Source: TPA_inf: Saccharomyces
Taxonomy: Eukaryota
DNA: 64,000 bases
Assembly (NCBI GenBank): GCA_000146045.2
Contig: BK006946.2
Location: 416,001 to 480,000, forward strand
Direction: 5' to 3'
In this document: positions 23,208 to 37,479 of the stretch, piece after piece
How the letters are laid out: every line of letters starts with the position of its first letter
Position numbering within the stretch: position 1 is the first letter of the stretch
The notes under the pieces: model-generated
Told to the model about the DNA's origin: nothing
What the model saw: only the letters and a program-made list of their open reading frames with translations
Databases searched by the model: none
Made by a program: the position numbers and the translations under genes

Positions 23208-26090
23208 ATGTTTAGAAGAAGAACAACTGCACCAGAAATGGAACAGGCGGACCCGACAGCAGTGGCAGCTGCAGCAAGTATCGGTAAATTATTAATGAAG
23301 AAGGGTAATCAATCTGATAACGAACAAAGGCCGACCTATCGATCCGCTTCGATGACAAACTTAAGAAAACCTTCTGCCCCCAAAAGAATGTCTTCTATTT
23401 CTAGTATATCATCGGAATCTAGAAGGAGCGATGGTAAAGGTCGTCCCGGGAAAATAAACAGCCTTACCCAACGGTCATCAATGGGGAAGGGAGATTCATT
23501 AAATTCTCCTTTAACGAAGGAACCGCAGCACAAAACTAGGTCTCACAATAGAACTTCGAGTCTCCCTAACCAGAGAGGTCAGCAAAGCAGAAACAGTTCT
23601 GGTTTACAACGTCAAAAGTCCAAAACACACCAAAGAATAAGCTATGATGAGGCTCAACGTACGTTCAAGGATTTTGGCGGACCACAGGCCAGAGGAATTT
23701 TAACGGGACAACACCGTACTGAAAATCCTAGCGGGTCTATTCCTTTGAGGACTACGCGAAAGTATATTCCTGGGCCCAACGGGCTGGTTGCAATTGAGGT
23801 CCCCGTTGAAAAACCAAGCAATGCCAATACTTCTAAATTGCTAAGGCGTTCCAACTCTGCCCACAGTGCCTTGAATGCAAGAAATGGTTCACTTTTAAGA
23901 AAAAAAGTATCGCAGGAATCTTTACATTCTCAACCAAAGAAGACTTCGTCTTTAGGGAATACATCAAGTACACAAGCAAAAAAAGGCCAAAAGGCGGTTC
24001 AGGAGAGAAATCTTGCCAAGAAACATCCAATAAATTCAAATGTTCCTCTCATTGAAACACAAGTTCGTGAAGAAACAGACCAAGAGTTGAAACTTGATAA
24101 TTCTAACTCTTCCGAATCCGAAACAGTAGTCAATAGCGAAAATAATCTAGAAAAACCTTCTTCACTAAACATTGAAAAAGATGATCTAAGCAAACTAATA
24201 CATGAAAACATTGAGTTAGAAAGTTTTATTGAAGAAAAAGGGAAGGAAAAACCTTTAAATTCTGATCAAGAAGATGTTTTCATAAGCGAAAAAACTGTAA
24301 AAGGCGATGTACAATGGCCAAAAAATAACCGTCAAGCATCTACTCTTGAGAAAACTTTTAATTACGACAACGAAGAGAAGAGGGAGGGGAATAAACCAGT
24401 AGCAGAACATCCTCTTCCGGAGGCCGAAGTGGATGACAAGTCGGTTGAACAACTGAACAACATTTCTTCTAGCGGCAGTTATTCGGCCCAAGGATCAGTT
24501 GAAAACTCCAAACCAGAAAATGGCAATAAAAATCTAGAGAATGACACAACATCGTCTCCCACACAAGACCTTGATGAAAAATCCCGCTCAATAGAAGAGA
24601 AGGATACCTTGGAAGGGACCGAGAGTTCAAAAAAAGTTGAAAAGCCAGACAATTGTTGTGAGAAAATTTCTGGTGCTAATACTTCTTCCAAAAAAGGGAA
24701 TGTTGGCGATACTAAGGATGAATTCTTCGATACAGTAGAAGAAAGCGATCAGAAAACGAGCAAGTCGAATTCCTCCAAGAACACCGATCATTCTAATCAA
24801 ACAGAACCAACGCCTTCTTTGGCTCAGTATTTAAGGACCTCAAATACCTACCTTTCTCGAAAAAACCAATCGAAACAAGCTGAGCAAGAAAAGTTTCACA
24901 AGCCTGAAGCTCCTATGGTTCCTGTAACGAAAGTAGTTACACCAATCAAATCTGCTCTTAAAAAATCGTCAGGATCGTCCAACCATGACTCATCCATGTA
25001 CTCTGATAACTCTCCCGCCAATGGCGCATACCTGTCTCTTACGACTGCTGAAAATACGAGATTAAATGCTCAAATGACGATGTCCGACAGCGTATCACGC
25101 AGAGCAAGTTTAAAACGATCTTCTATAAAAAGACCTCAGTCAGTAGGCCAGTTCAGAAGCATCAGATCAAATTCGCCTTCTCCCCCAGAGAAAATAAACA
25201 ATAAACGCCATTCTGCTATACCCCTAGGAACCCCAGAGAAGGGTAAACCAAAAAGAAATTCGGTTATGGCTTCTCTGTCTAAAAATTCGCAGCAAATTCA
25301 AGAGCCCGCAAGTGTATATGAGTCAAATGGCCCAAATAAACCTAAAAACCAAATCAATAAGAATATAAAGAGAGGATCACAGATCGCGCAAAACAATAAA
25401 CCTTCAACGAAGGACATGAATAGTATTTTGTACCCCAAAGAACCACCTCCTCGCAAATCTAGTTTTGAGAAGACGAGAAGCAATGAATCCCATCTCGGAT
25501 TTAAAAAGCTTTCTTTGAGAAATGGTAATTTTGAGGAGGCATTGAGTGAAAGCTATAATGGGCAAGCTAGCCAGAATAGCACAAATGTGAATCGAACCGA
25601 TACAGCACAGGAGTTTTTCAAATATTTGGGTCATTCATCAAGATTTGCGGATTCAGACTCAGAAGATGAGTCCCAATTTTTCAACCAAGGCCCATCAAAA
25701 TACAACACAGAAACAGAAGGCAATAAAACCAGCGGTAACAAAAATAGTAATGGTGGTAACGGTGCTTTTTCGCTTTTCAAGAGCAAAAGTAAGCAAAAGG
25801 AAAATAATGTGGTTTCCCCTGGAGTCTCAAGTCCTAATCATACTACCACCGATCCTGCCATTACAAGTAAAAAGGTGGACAAGAAATTCAGCGGGTTATC
25901 TTTAAGAGCTGCCAGTGAAGCTGAACCTGCAAAAAATTCAAACCCTTCGATGACCAATAGGTTACGCTTCTCTAGTAATCCAGAGAACGGCGAAAGCAGG
26001 CTCCCACAAGCACAGGAAGTCAGCGTTACAAAAGAAAAGAAGGGTAGTTTCGGCAAAAAACTGAAAAAAATCTTTGGTAGAAAGAAATAG
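23208..26090 (+). CDS. SEG1: Seg1 eisosome assembly factor (long, S/N/K-rich low-complexity protein)
   Basis: 960-aa ORF; length and composition match YMR086W. Confidence 0.85.
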
Positions 26091-26442
26091 GGACTCTCGG
26101 CAGAAATTCTCTCCTTGTACAAGTTATGTATTTTATTCTTTTTCGTGCTCGTTCAACTTCTGAACGATGGCTTCCATGCACTGTAACATATAAAGGATTT
26201 TTTAATAATGAATAATCAAGAAATCTCCATTTTATATGCTTTTTTTTTTTTGCCGTTTCCACTGCAATCAATGGCGATATAATCGGATGAACAATAAATA
26301 TTCGTGTTCCTATTCGTGTTCCTATACGTGTTCCTAGCAGCAAACAATAACAGAAGAGAAGCATTTGATTTTCGTAAAAACTTCAGGTGTGGGTGTTTCT
26401 TATTAACGGTTAAACTTTACGAATTGAATCCCCTATGTATAA

Positions 26443-27381
<939 letters not shown>

Positions 27382-27413
27382 AGGTATATAATATAAAGTC
27401 TATTTTCAATTTT

Positions 27414-29102
27414 TCAAGAACTTGAACTACGTTTGTAAGTATGTTTCACCAGATATAACGATAAAACAATTCCCACTGCTGCCAGGGCTATATTTGGAAT
27501 ATAGGAAATCAGGAATGCCTTTTTGTAGACATCAAGAATGCGAACAAATATATCCGTTGGAAAATTGGGCCCTCTCAAGTAACTCGAATCATTGATAAGG
27601 GAGTAGTACTGCTTTTTGGTGAAGTGATATTCGTCATCACGCTTGGTTTTGAACATATAATTCCATAACATGGACGACAGGCTATTCTCATAGGACACTA
27701 AAGTTAAAGAGGCACCAAGAACGTTACCAATGGATCTCCACAAATAGAAAACACCAGTCATGGTTCCTTGCTGTGATTTTTCGACGGTGAATACGATGCT
27801 TACTAACGTGGCCACTAATAGACAAGCGTAACCAAAGGACACAAGGACTGATGCAAACACATATATCAATTTCCACCATATTGAGTTAGATCTGAATGTA
27901 ATAGACTCAAGCATATCATATATGGTGTAGTCAGGATTCAAGTGTGAAAGTAGGAAATAGCCCAATCCCAAACCCAATAGCTGCATTATCATACCACCAA
28001 AAATGATTTGATATGCACAGTGTGCTAGGTTAATTTTCGTATTCCGCAATACCCATCCTGTTACCAATGATCCGACTGCAACTGATATAGAGGGGAAAAT
28101 CAAAAAGAGGCCAGTCTTTGTTACACTAATATTTTGAAGCAATTGTAAATAGATTGGTGACCTAAAGATTTCACCAAATACAACAAATGAAGATATAACC
28201 GTTACCGCTGAGCTCAAACAGAATGAGCGAGTCAATAGTTCGAATGGTAAAATTTTCTCAGTCGCGTAATAACGTTCAACCAGGATAAAAACAATAAAGC
28301 TACCAATGGTAAACAATGCTAAATACAACTTGTTCAACTGGCTAGAGCACAAAAATAAAACTCCACTAATGGTCGCCACCAGGCTTAATGAGCCAAATAT
28401 ATCTATCCGTGACAGATTCTTTAAGGTATATCTTTCTTTCATAGGAGGAACATGGAATAGCTTAATATTAATGTTTTTGATTGCTAATACCGAGCACAAC
28501 ATTATCACGGGTACTTGGATACCAAAAAGAGCCCTCCATCCAATGGTTTCTATAAATACACCACCCAACGGAGCACCTAGTAATTGACCAAACCCGAAAA
28601 CAATATTCGCATATCCCTGGTAAACGCCCCTTTCTCTTGCTGTACATATGTCACTAACAGCAATGCTACTAATAGCATTCAATCCTCCTGCACCAATACC
28701 ACATATGGCTCTTGCTATTGAGAATTCCGTGACGTTTCTGGCAAAACATGTTAATAAGCACCCAAGGCCAAAAAAAAATTGAGCGGTTAATAATGCTGAC
28801 TTCCGCCCTGTTATATCAGAAAGCTTCCCATATAGTGGTTGGAAAGCCGTATTTGTCAAAAGAAAACTCGTCGCAATCCATTGCTTTTTACTTGATTCAG
28901 AGAATTCCTCAGCAACTCTATTCATTATATTTGCGACAATAGTGCTATCCAAGGAACTCAAAAAACTACCCAACCATAGCGAAAACAAAATGGGAAACTT
29001 AGGTAAGGCCAAATTATATTCATGAAATTTTTGTTCCAAGGGAGGGGCTTCAGCTTCCTCAGGTGGAGGGAGTAGATTTGAAGTCTCGTCTAGTGTTTGC
29101 AT
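27414..29102 (-). CDS. VBA1: MFS vacuolar basic amino acid transporter
   Basis: 562 aa from MQTLDETSNLLPPPEE; about 12–14 predicted transmembrane helices, typical of an MFS transporter. Confidence 0.85.
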   Translation of the reverse strand: MQTLDETSNLLPPPEEAEAPPLEQKFHEYNLALPKFPILFSLWLGSFLSSLDSTIVANIMNRVAEEFSESSKKQWIATSFLLTNTAFQPLYGKLSDITGRKSALLTAQFFFGLGCLLTCFARNVTEFSIARAICGIGAGGLNAISSIAVSDICTARERGVYQGYANIVFGFGQLLGAPLGGVFIETIGWRALFGIQVPVIMLCSVLAIKNINIKLFHVPPMKERYTLKNLSRIDIFGSLSLVATISGVLFLCSSQLNKLYLALFTIGSFIVFILVERYYATEKILPFELLTRSFCLSSAVTVISSFVVFGEIFRSPIYLQLLQNISVTKTGLFLIFPSISVAVGSLVTGWVLRNTKINLAHCAYQIIFGGMIMQLLGLGLGYFLLSHLNPDYTIYDMLESITFRSNSIWWKLIYVFASVLVSFGYACLLVATLVSIVFTVEKSQQGTMTGVFYLWRSIGNVLGASLTLVSYENSLSSMLWNYMFKTKRDDEYHFTKKQYYSLINDSSYLRGPNFPTDIFVRILDVYKKAFLISYIPNIALAAVGIVLSLYLVKHTYKRSSSS

Positions 29103-29608
29103 TCTTCTTGTTCCCTCAACAACTAGGGCTCTGAGCTTAGTGAAGAACAAAGAGGAGACAAAAAACAAAATAATTCGATAGAAAAAAATCGCTGCTGTAT
29201 TCTTATATTTTGGGAATGTGGGTTGGCCTAAAGTGGAACCGCATGCTCTTCTCTATCACCGGCCCTTAAGATGACCTACGTTTATTGTCGGACAGATATC
29301 ATCCAACAAAACGACGCAGTGAAAAAGTGTATCATGCGAATACTGAAGATAAGATAGGCTAAGCCGTGGAATCAGCGATAAAAAAAAGATCGCGTGTATT
29401 AACCAATGACAGCCTCACAGAAGCGCTTTGATCATATATAGATATAGGTGCATTTATACACGTATATATATTTACATGTTTTCAGATTAGATTATATGGT
29501 AAATACGTGACAGTGTTCTACCGAAAAAGAAAGATGTCTGGCTTTCAATAAAATAAGCAAGATATGTAGAACAGTCTTCCTCCATTTCTTTGTATTGTGA
29601 AATATCAA

Positions 29609-32086
29609 TCAGTTTGTAGATGGCTTAGGCTCATTACGTTTTTCGTTTTTTTCTTCTTCCTTCCTGATTTTTTCCGTTTCGTAATCGTTCAAGTACTTAT
29701 CAAAAGCATCATTCCTTTCTGGGAAAGGGCGCTTACCAAGTAAATCAATCATATCTTCTCTTGTCAAAACTTCTTTTTTCAGTAGTACTTGAGCAATCTT
29801 CTCTACATCTTCTGCTTTTTCTTTAAGCAGCTTTGTACATCTGTCATGGCATTCTTGGACGATTCTGTATACTTCGGAATCAATAATGTCACCTGTCTCG
29901 TCCGAAAATGGTTTTGTCAAATCGCTATCATCTCTCTTCTGGTAATTGACCCAGCCAATTTTATCACTCATGCCTAATTCTGTGACCATTGCCGTGGCCA
30001 TGCTAGTAACTTTTTTGAAGTCATCAGATGCGCCACTTGTAACTGATGGGAAATGTAATTCTTCAGAAACTCTTCCACCCAGAGACATGGTCATTCTGTC
30101 CTTAAGTTGCTGTTCAGTTAGTAAGAAGATATCACCTGGCAAATACTGTGCATAACCAAGGGCGCCCTGGCCACGTGGAATAATACTGACTTTCAGAAGA
30201 GGATCTGCGTATTTTAAGTACCATCCACATACAGCATGACCAGCCTCGTGGTAAGCCACTACTTTCTTCTCTTCGGGAGAGAGTAGCTTGGATTTGCGTT
30301 CCACTCCACCGATGACTCTTTCGATAGCTTGTTCAAAATGATTCAATTTTACTGCATCTTCATCACTTCTAGCAGCAATCAAGGCGGCCTCGTTACAAAC
30401 GTTGGCAATATCAGCACCAGAAAAGCCTGGCGTCAAAGCCGCTAATCTATTTTTCAAATCAAAAATTTCCCCGGCAAGTTTCAAATGATGTAAATGAACA
30501 GCAAAAATGGCTTTTCTACCCTCAAGTTCGGGCTTGTCGATATTGATATGCCTGTCAAATCTACCAGGCCTTAATAATGCTTTATCGAGAATATCGGGTC
30601 TATTGGTACCAGCTAAAACAACAACGTGGTCAGCTGGAGTGAAACCATCCATTTCTACTAACATTTGATTTAGCGTGTTCTCTCTCTCATCATTGGCACC
30701 TGAAAAATTACCCTTTTGTCTTGCTTTTCCTATAGCATCAATTTCGTCAATAAACACAATTGAGGGTGCATTTTCTCTTGCAGTTTTGAACAAATCTCTT
30801 ACTCTTGCTGCACCAACACCAACAAACATTTCTACAAATTCTGAACCAGAAACAAAATAAAACGGAACACCGGCTTCACCTGCTGTTGCCTTTGCAAGCA
30901 AAGTTTTACCGGTACCTGGTGGACCAGATAGAATCGCACCTCTAGGAATTTTAGCTCCCATTTTTTCATAACGAGAAGGTTCTTTCAAGAAGCTAACAAA
31001 CTCCATAATTTCTTCCTTAGCCTCATCGCATCCGGCAACGTCCTTGAACTTGATCTTAACGTCTGTTTCAGTGTTAAATTTTTTAGCCTTAGAACGACTC
31101 AGACCAAATATGCCTCCACGGCTACCGCCCGCTGCTTGTGCCGATCTTCTTGTCAACCAAATAATACCTGCAATCATTAAAACAGTTGGCAAAATTTGGA
31201 ACATAGCTTTAGCCCAATTGCCTTCTTGAACATATAGTACAGGTATTCTGAAATCCTTATCAATGTCCAGTTCGTCCTGTGCTTTCTGAAGTTTGTGTTC
31301 GAAGCTATCAATTGAACCAATTGTGAAATAATAGAAGTTGCGACCGTAATTGTCGGCTTGGTTTTTTCCGTTGTCATTTAACATCACTTTCACCATGGAC
31401 TTGTTGACAACAATCAACTTCGCAACATAACCTTTTGCCAATAGTTTCTCTCTAAAATCCTGCCACGTTATCTCACTTTGCTCTTCCAAACTGTTGAGGA
31501 GATCCAATAAAAACGAAAGGAGGAAAAAAGTTAGTCCTATCTGGAATAAGTTAACATTTTTCGATACAGGATTACTAGGATCATTTAGAGGTGGTTTTGG
31601 GGGAGGAGGTGGTGGTGGCGGTGGAATATTTCTGCTATTGTTACCTTCAAAGTAGCCCTGCTCTTTTGTTCTGTTTGACTTGGCTTTTGAAGGACCATTT
31701 TCCTCCTCTTTTTCCTTTCTTTCTTCTTGAATTCTGTTAGATTCTTGTTTCAATACAGCATCTTCTAAACGCCTAATACTTTCATCAATTTTGCGTTTCT
31801 GTTCTTTCCAGTTAGCCGGTATAGTATTATTTTTAGTTTGTTCGATATATTTTTCTACTTGTTTTCTTATTGCTTCAACCTCTTCGTCTGTGGGAATTTC
31901 TTTGTTAAGTTTAGCGTCTTCGTTATTGTCCTCGTTCTTGTTACCGCTCTTATTCTCTTGCAGCCTATTGAGTAGCCGATATTGAGTATGTAAACTCTTG
32001 ATATGGGTCAAGCCGTAATAGGACCGGAAGCGAACGGGCCTTCTAACTACCTTAGTAGCAATTCTTGACCAAGAAAGTAGCAACAT
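29609..32086 (-). CDS. YTA12: Mitochondrial inner-membrane m-AAA protease subunit
   Basis: 825 aa. Walker [15 protein letters not shown] zinc-metalloprotease motif. Polyproline run [12 protein letters not shown]. Confidence 0.92.
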
Positions 32087-33244
32087 TAGTACTCTTTCTA
32101 ACTTTAAAGTTGCTTGCCAAGACTCTTGAGTGTGCTATATTGTATTCGTTGGCAGCTCAAAATCTTTCCTTTAAAACTATAGTGGCAAAAGTTAGAGATC
32201 GTTTTCACGAGAAAATGATGGGGAAAAATGGACCAAAAGACAAATGTATTCACAATGTGACACCAGATAGCTTGGTGATTAGTATATAGATCTTACAGGA
32301 CACCGAATAATACCAGAAGGGACTTTCTTATTGAACGAACCGATATGTGCATGCGTTATCCTATAAAGAAATACGTCCGGATGGGATATTCAAACAAGAC
32401 GCCGGACAAAATAATTCACACATATGGAGGATGTTACGTACATGAGCACAAGACGAACCGTACAAAGAGAAACATACATCATCACTCAGACGATAAGATC
32501 ATAAATTAGCAGATGACACTTTAGTTTATTCTCTTTGGTAGGTTTTCTACAATCAGAATTATCTAACGGCGAACTTCTGTAGGCAGAGTTTTCGCATCGC
32601 CCAATGAGATAATGCACTTTCAAAAGACCACGCTGCACTTGCATCAAATTGGTTTACGAAAGAGCAAAGTCGAGGATTAGCACATTCCGTGTGCCCATAC
32701 GTTACCATTTTTGACAAAGTTGGCAACATCAAGCGAGACATATCTACAAATATACGTATCAGAATTGTACCCGAAGTATTTCTGGTTATATTCGTTGCTA
32801 ACCATTTTAACGTATTCAGCCTAGTAGCCTGCAAGAACTATTAATACAAATCGTGAAACAGAAGTTCTTTGAGTTAAAGTACAAAGACAGACAACAGCCC
32901 TCGGTGAACCTGTTGGTGTGTGTTTCCTGTATCACAAAACACAAGCGAGCAAAGAAATACGACGTTATAGCTTTTAATAATACGACGAGACAATGTTAGT
33001 GGCCGTAATAACTTTCCAACAAAAGTACTTTCCAAACTTTGCTGTTACCTCTGTGATTGTTTAGTACGAAAATTGTATCGCGCTGTCAACAGCAAGGGGC
33101 TGCAAGTATTACGTAAGGGTACACTCGAAGTAGGGATATATATTTAAAGTCCCATCGTGACGCTCATAATAGGATACTTTCCCTCCAAATAAAAATTCAT
33201 TGAAGTTATATCATCGGTATTCATATATTATTGACTTAACAGCC

Positions 33245-33928
33245 ATGTCTCCTATGAAAGTTGCGGTTGTCGGTGCCAGTGGTAAAGTTGGACGTTTATT
33301 GATAAACCAATTGAAGGCCAACGATAGTTTCTCAACACCATTAGCGATTGTTAGAACACAGGATCAAGTCAATTATTTCAAGAATGAAGTAGGTGTTGAT
33401 GCTAGTTTGACAGATATAGAAAACGCGTCCGTTAGTGAGATCACAGACGCTATTAAGGCTTATGATGCCGTGGTCTTTAGCGCCGGTGCGGGTGGTAAAG
33501 GAATGGAAAGAATTTTCACGGTTGATCTGGATGGCTGTATCAAAGTTGTTGAAGCATGCGAAAAGGCTGGTATCAAAAGGTTCGTTGTTGTTTCAGCGCT
33601 CAAGGCGGAGGATAGAGATTTTTGGTATAACATTAAGGGTTTGCGTGAATACTATATTGCAAAGAGATCTGCTGATCGTGAGGTTAGAAACTCTAATTTG
33701 GATTACACTATTTTACAGCCTGGATCGTTGGAACTAAATAAAGGTACCGGTCTTTTGCAACCCCTTGACAAATTAGAAGAGAAGGCTTCTGTTAACTACT
33801 CCATTAACAGGGAGGATGTAGCTTCTTTTATTGTGGAAAGCTTGCTACATCCAAATGCAACAGTGAAAAAAACCATTTCGTTGGTAAATGGCAACGAGCC
33901 AATGGAAAAATTCATTCAAAGTTTGTAG
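33245..33928 (+). CDS. YMR090W: NAD(P)-binding Rossmann-fold protein (NmrA/atypical SDR-like), unknown function
   Basis: 227 aa from MSPMKVAVVGASGKVGR (GxxGxxG dinucleotide-binding motif). Confidence 0.8.
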   Translation: MSPMKVAVVGASGKVGRLLINQLKANDSFSTPLAIVRTQDQVNYFKNEVGVDASLTDIENASVSEITDAIKAYDAVVFSAGAGGKGMERIFTVDLDGCIKVVEACEKAGIKRFVVVSALKAEDRDFWYNIKGLREYYIAKRSADREVRNSNLDYTILQPGSLELNKGTGLLQPLDKLEEKASVNYSINREDVASFIVESLLHPNATVKKTISLVNGNEPMEKFIQSL

Positions 33929-34057
33929 ATCAACCTATTTACGCGTGAAATGCATATGTAGATGAATAGTCAAGAAAAGAAAAAGAAAGTGAGAATATAT
34001 GAATTTTTTTACCTTGATTTGAAGATAAAAATTTGTTATATTGTTACATTGAGTATA

Positions 34058-35365
34058 CTAAATATATTCGTTGCATTTTTCGAAATTTTGTTGTTCGGTG
34101 ATAGCCCTTAAAACGTCTTCATCAACAACGTCTTCATAGATCTCTTTCGGGATTTCCGACAGTCCCGTTTTCGGTTTATTCAAATCGTTATCGTGTATAA
34201 CGGTCTCATACACAATGCTTGTGTCGCTGGGACTATCGTTTTTTGATCTCCTCCATCCTAAAACAGTGGTTGACTGTGTGGATTCTGGTATGTGTAATAT
34301 ATTTGTGTATGCATCTCTCAAGCCTTGTTGATCTACAAGAAGAACCTTCACTCTATCATAAAACAAATCGCTATTAAATCTACTACACGCAGCAGAATGC
34401 TGATAGAGCCAATTTGTAGAGCTCAGCTTACTACCTGATGCAATAATATTAGAATTACTCATGTGACCATGTGGCCTGTGTTCAAAGAATTCCACCTGGT
34501 TTTTTGCAGGGTTTATGCCATTCTCGGAAGCAGGATACATCATGGTTTCTAAGGCCCTTGCGGATTTATCAATAGGATCACCAGCAAGTTTTCCTTCAAT
34601 TACATTTCCCTTTGTTCTTAATTCAGAAGCATAATAATCATCGGTTATATGTTTGCCGCCACGAATGATTTTAGCACCAAATTCTTTAAACACGCCTCTA
34701 GCGGTGACTAGAGCGATTTGTCTATTTCTATATGAATAAGGTAAAACGCCACGGTCTATCAAGTCGTTCTTTTGAGTTTGATTCAGAATGAACTTATAAA
34801 GGTTGGGGTGAGTTTGAAAAAATAAATATGAATCTCTAAAACCCACTATCCTAGCCGGTTCGGTGGCCAGCATAAACTTTCGATTCCCCTTCTCAGTTAA
34901 TGTGAAGGTGCGCACTAAAAATTCTCTGCCTCCTAATAGATCACCATCTGCAGTTATCTTCGTCTCACCTTCAGGATCATCTGGTAGAACATATTCTTCA
35001 TTGACCACTTTCAAAGGATTTAAGTTCTCCTCAGCATCATCGATTCCGGGAAATACTGGTTTTTTGAACTTTGAACGGTTTCTAGATCTAGTAACGCCTT
35101 TATCCTCTGACAAATCCTCTTCTTCGTCCACGTGCCTCCTTTTGTTTCTTCCGCTTTTATTTATCTGTTCCTCCTCATCACTTATTTCTTCTTCATTCAC
35201 TCCCTCATTGGCTTCTTCTTCTCTGTAATCATCATCTTCATTCTCATCATTTTCATCAATATCTAAATCCTCAGTATCAATTGCATAATTGGGTCTGTTG
35301 CTAGTAGATCTTGACCGCTTCTCATGTTCAACTTCGGAAGCTAGACCTCCCTCTGAATCTGACAT
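34058..35365 (-). CDS. NPL6: RSC chromatin-remodelling complex subunit
   Basis: 435 aa with an acidic N-terminus; matches YMR091C. Confidence 0.85.
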   Translation of the reverse strand: MSDSEGGLASEVEHEKRSRSTSNRPNYAIDTEDLDIDENDENEDDDYREEEANEGVNEEEISDEEEQINKSGRNKRRHVDEEEDLSEDKGVTRSRNRSKFKKPVFPGIDDAEENLNPLKVVNEEYVLPDDPEGETKITADGDLLGGREFLVRTFTLTEKGNRKFMLATEPARIVGFRDSYLFFQTHPNLYKFILNQTQKNDLIDRGVLPYSYRNRQIALVTARGVFKEFGAKIIRGGKHITDDYYASELRTKGNVIEGKLAGDPIDKSARALETMMYPASENGINPAKNQVEFFEHRPHGHMSNSNIIASGSKLSSTNWLYQHSAACSRFNSDLFYDRVKVLLVDQQGLRDAYTNILHIPESTQSTTVLGWRRSKNDSPSDTSIVYETVIHDNDLNKPKTGLSEIPKEIYEDVVDEDVLRAITEQQNFEKCNEYI

Positions 35366-35631
35366 TTCTGCTAGATGGTATTTCCTTCTTCAAAAGTAAA
35401 TGTACTGTATTCAGTAATGCTTAAACTTTATAAAGCTGTTTTCTTGCAATATTTTTGTCTGCTCACAGTAACATGTTTAATAGTTCGAACGGGTTTTTTT
35501 TTAAAAGAGCGAAGTAATCAAAGCATTCGGGTAATAATTACAAGTTTATATGGACTGTGGTAAAAACAGTGTAAAACTTTTTTATATCTATTTTTCTAAG
35601 GTTACGTAATTGTTTACTTTATATTCTTATC

Positions 35632-37479
35632 TCACTCGAGGACAACATTCCACCTTTTAATGCAAGCGTCCGCACCAGAACTAACCAAGGTAGATGGTGT
35701 TTCCCATAAAAGGTTGTTAACACCGTCCTTGTGAGCATTCAACGCCTTAATGATTTTCATAGGTCTTTTGACGGAGTAAATAAAAATATTGGTGTCTAAA
35801 GAACCAGTGGCAACTAAGTCCTCTTCAATTTCCTCTTCGTTTGCTCCCTTTTCAGCAGGTTTCCATGAAATGGCGTTGATTTTACTGGTGTGGAAAGCCC
35901 ATCTTGAAGTTTTCACTTCTCTTGATTGTAAATCATATAGCAATATCTTGCCCATAACATCTCCAGCAGCGATGTATGTTTCAGATGGCGAAATTGATAT
36001 GTACGAGGGTTTTGCGCGAAGAGGTGTTTTTAAATCAAAACTGACTTCCAAATCTGATAATTTGAATACCTGAATAGTATTACCTTCTTCCAAACCAACT
36101 GCAACGTAATTTTGGCTCAAGCTAACGGCAGAGCCTGGTGAGTTCAGTCTTACACTCTTGATTATATCGCCCGTAAAAGACTGTAATATCAACAAATCAT
36201 CATCATTTGTTAGTACTGCAGTGAAGCCATCATTGTTCGCACTAGCAACCTTTGGTTGCGATCCAAATTCATGCTTAGTAATACCGTTCACTTTCAAAGT
36301 ATCATCCCAAGAAATACTGGAGTATTCTTGCGCTTTACTATTATCCAATGATACAATCAAGTTGGAGTGATCTTGGTGCATGGAAGAGCTAGACCATTCC
36401 ATAATCCTACCATCATATGACCCACTGATTAGTGGGTTGACTGTCAAAGCAGTAATACCCTTGTTATGACCACTAATGGTTTTTAAAACCTCGTCATGTC
36501 CAAGTTCATAGAAGTTTAAGGTCCCATCCAGTGAAAGAGAAATAATCCTTCCGTTTCCTGTTGCAACAACACCAACTTGTTGATTTCCCAGTTGTTGCTT
36601 GTCTAAGGTCCATTTTTGAACGCATTTTGAAGTCGTGACGTCCCAAACCCTAATGGTAGCGTCTGCTCCTACGGTAGCAAACTTTTGGGAATCAAGCCAC
36701 GATAGTGCAAATATACCACCTTGAACTGGTTCTTGATCATCCTCTATGTATTTAAGAAACTCACCTGATTTGCCATCAAAGCAAGAAATCTTTCTGTCAG
36801 ACCCTACCGTAATAACAAATTCACCGCTGTCAGGTGAAAATTCAACATCCCTGACAAATGAGCCTTGTTTGTGGTGTGTTCTGTCACTGGCAGAGAACTT
36901 AAATGGAGGTCCTTGATAAAAGACAACAGATCCATCATCTCCAACTGTCATAGATCTCATAGGTCTAGATTGCTTCAAATGACAAGCATTGATGCGTTGT
37001 GAGTGACCTGAAACTTCACCTAAGGAATTACCAGAATCCCAGGATATGAAAACACCAAAGTTATCACGACCTTCTCCCACAACGCAGAGTCTTCGCCCTT
37101 CAAAATCCCAGGAGATATCGCTGATTGGACCTGCTAAAACTTGGAATTCAGACTTAACATTCACTTCAACAGAATTGCTTTCTTTGTCAAATGTCCATCC
37201 CCAAACAATCACTTTTCCAGATTCGTCACCGGAGCATAGGTACTGGGAACCCTTAATTGGAGAGAACTTTACCGTTGTGACTACCGAAGAGCCATGACCA
37301 GTAAATTGTACTACTGGAGGTACTTTACTGTCTCCATCGTCCAAACAACGTACAAATGCAGATTTTCCACATGGGTAAGCAATTGCGTTGGTTGTAGGGT
37401 CATACGATAAATGCGTAGTAAAGTTACGCTGTGTCGAAGGCTGAGGTGGTATAATTTCCTTCAAAGAGATAGATGACAT
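35632..37479 (-). CDS. AIP1: Actin-interacting protein 1 (WD40, cofilin cofactor)
   Basis: 615 aa with many WD repeats; matches YMR092C. Confidence 0.9.
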
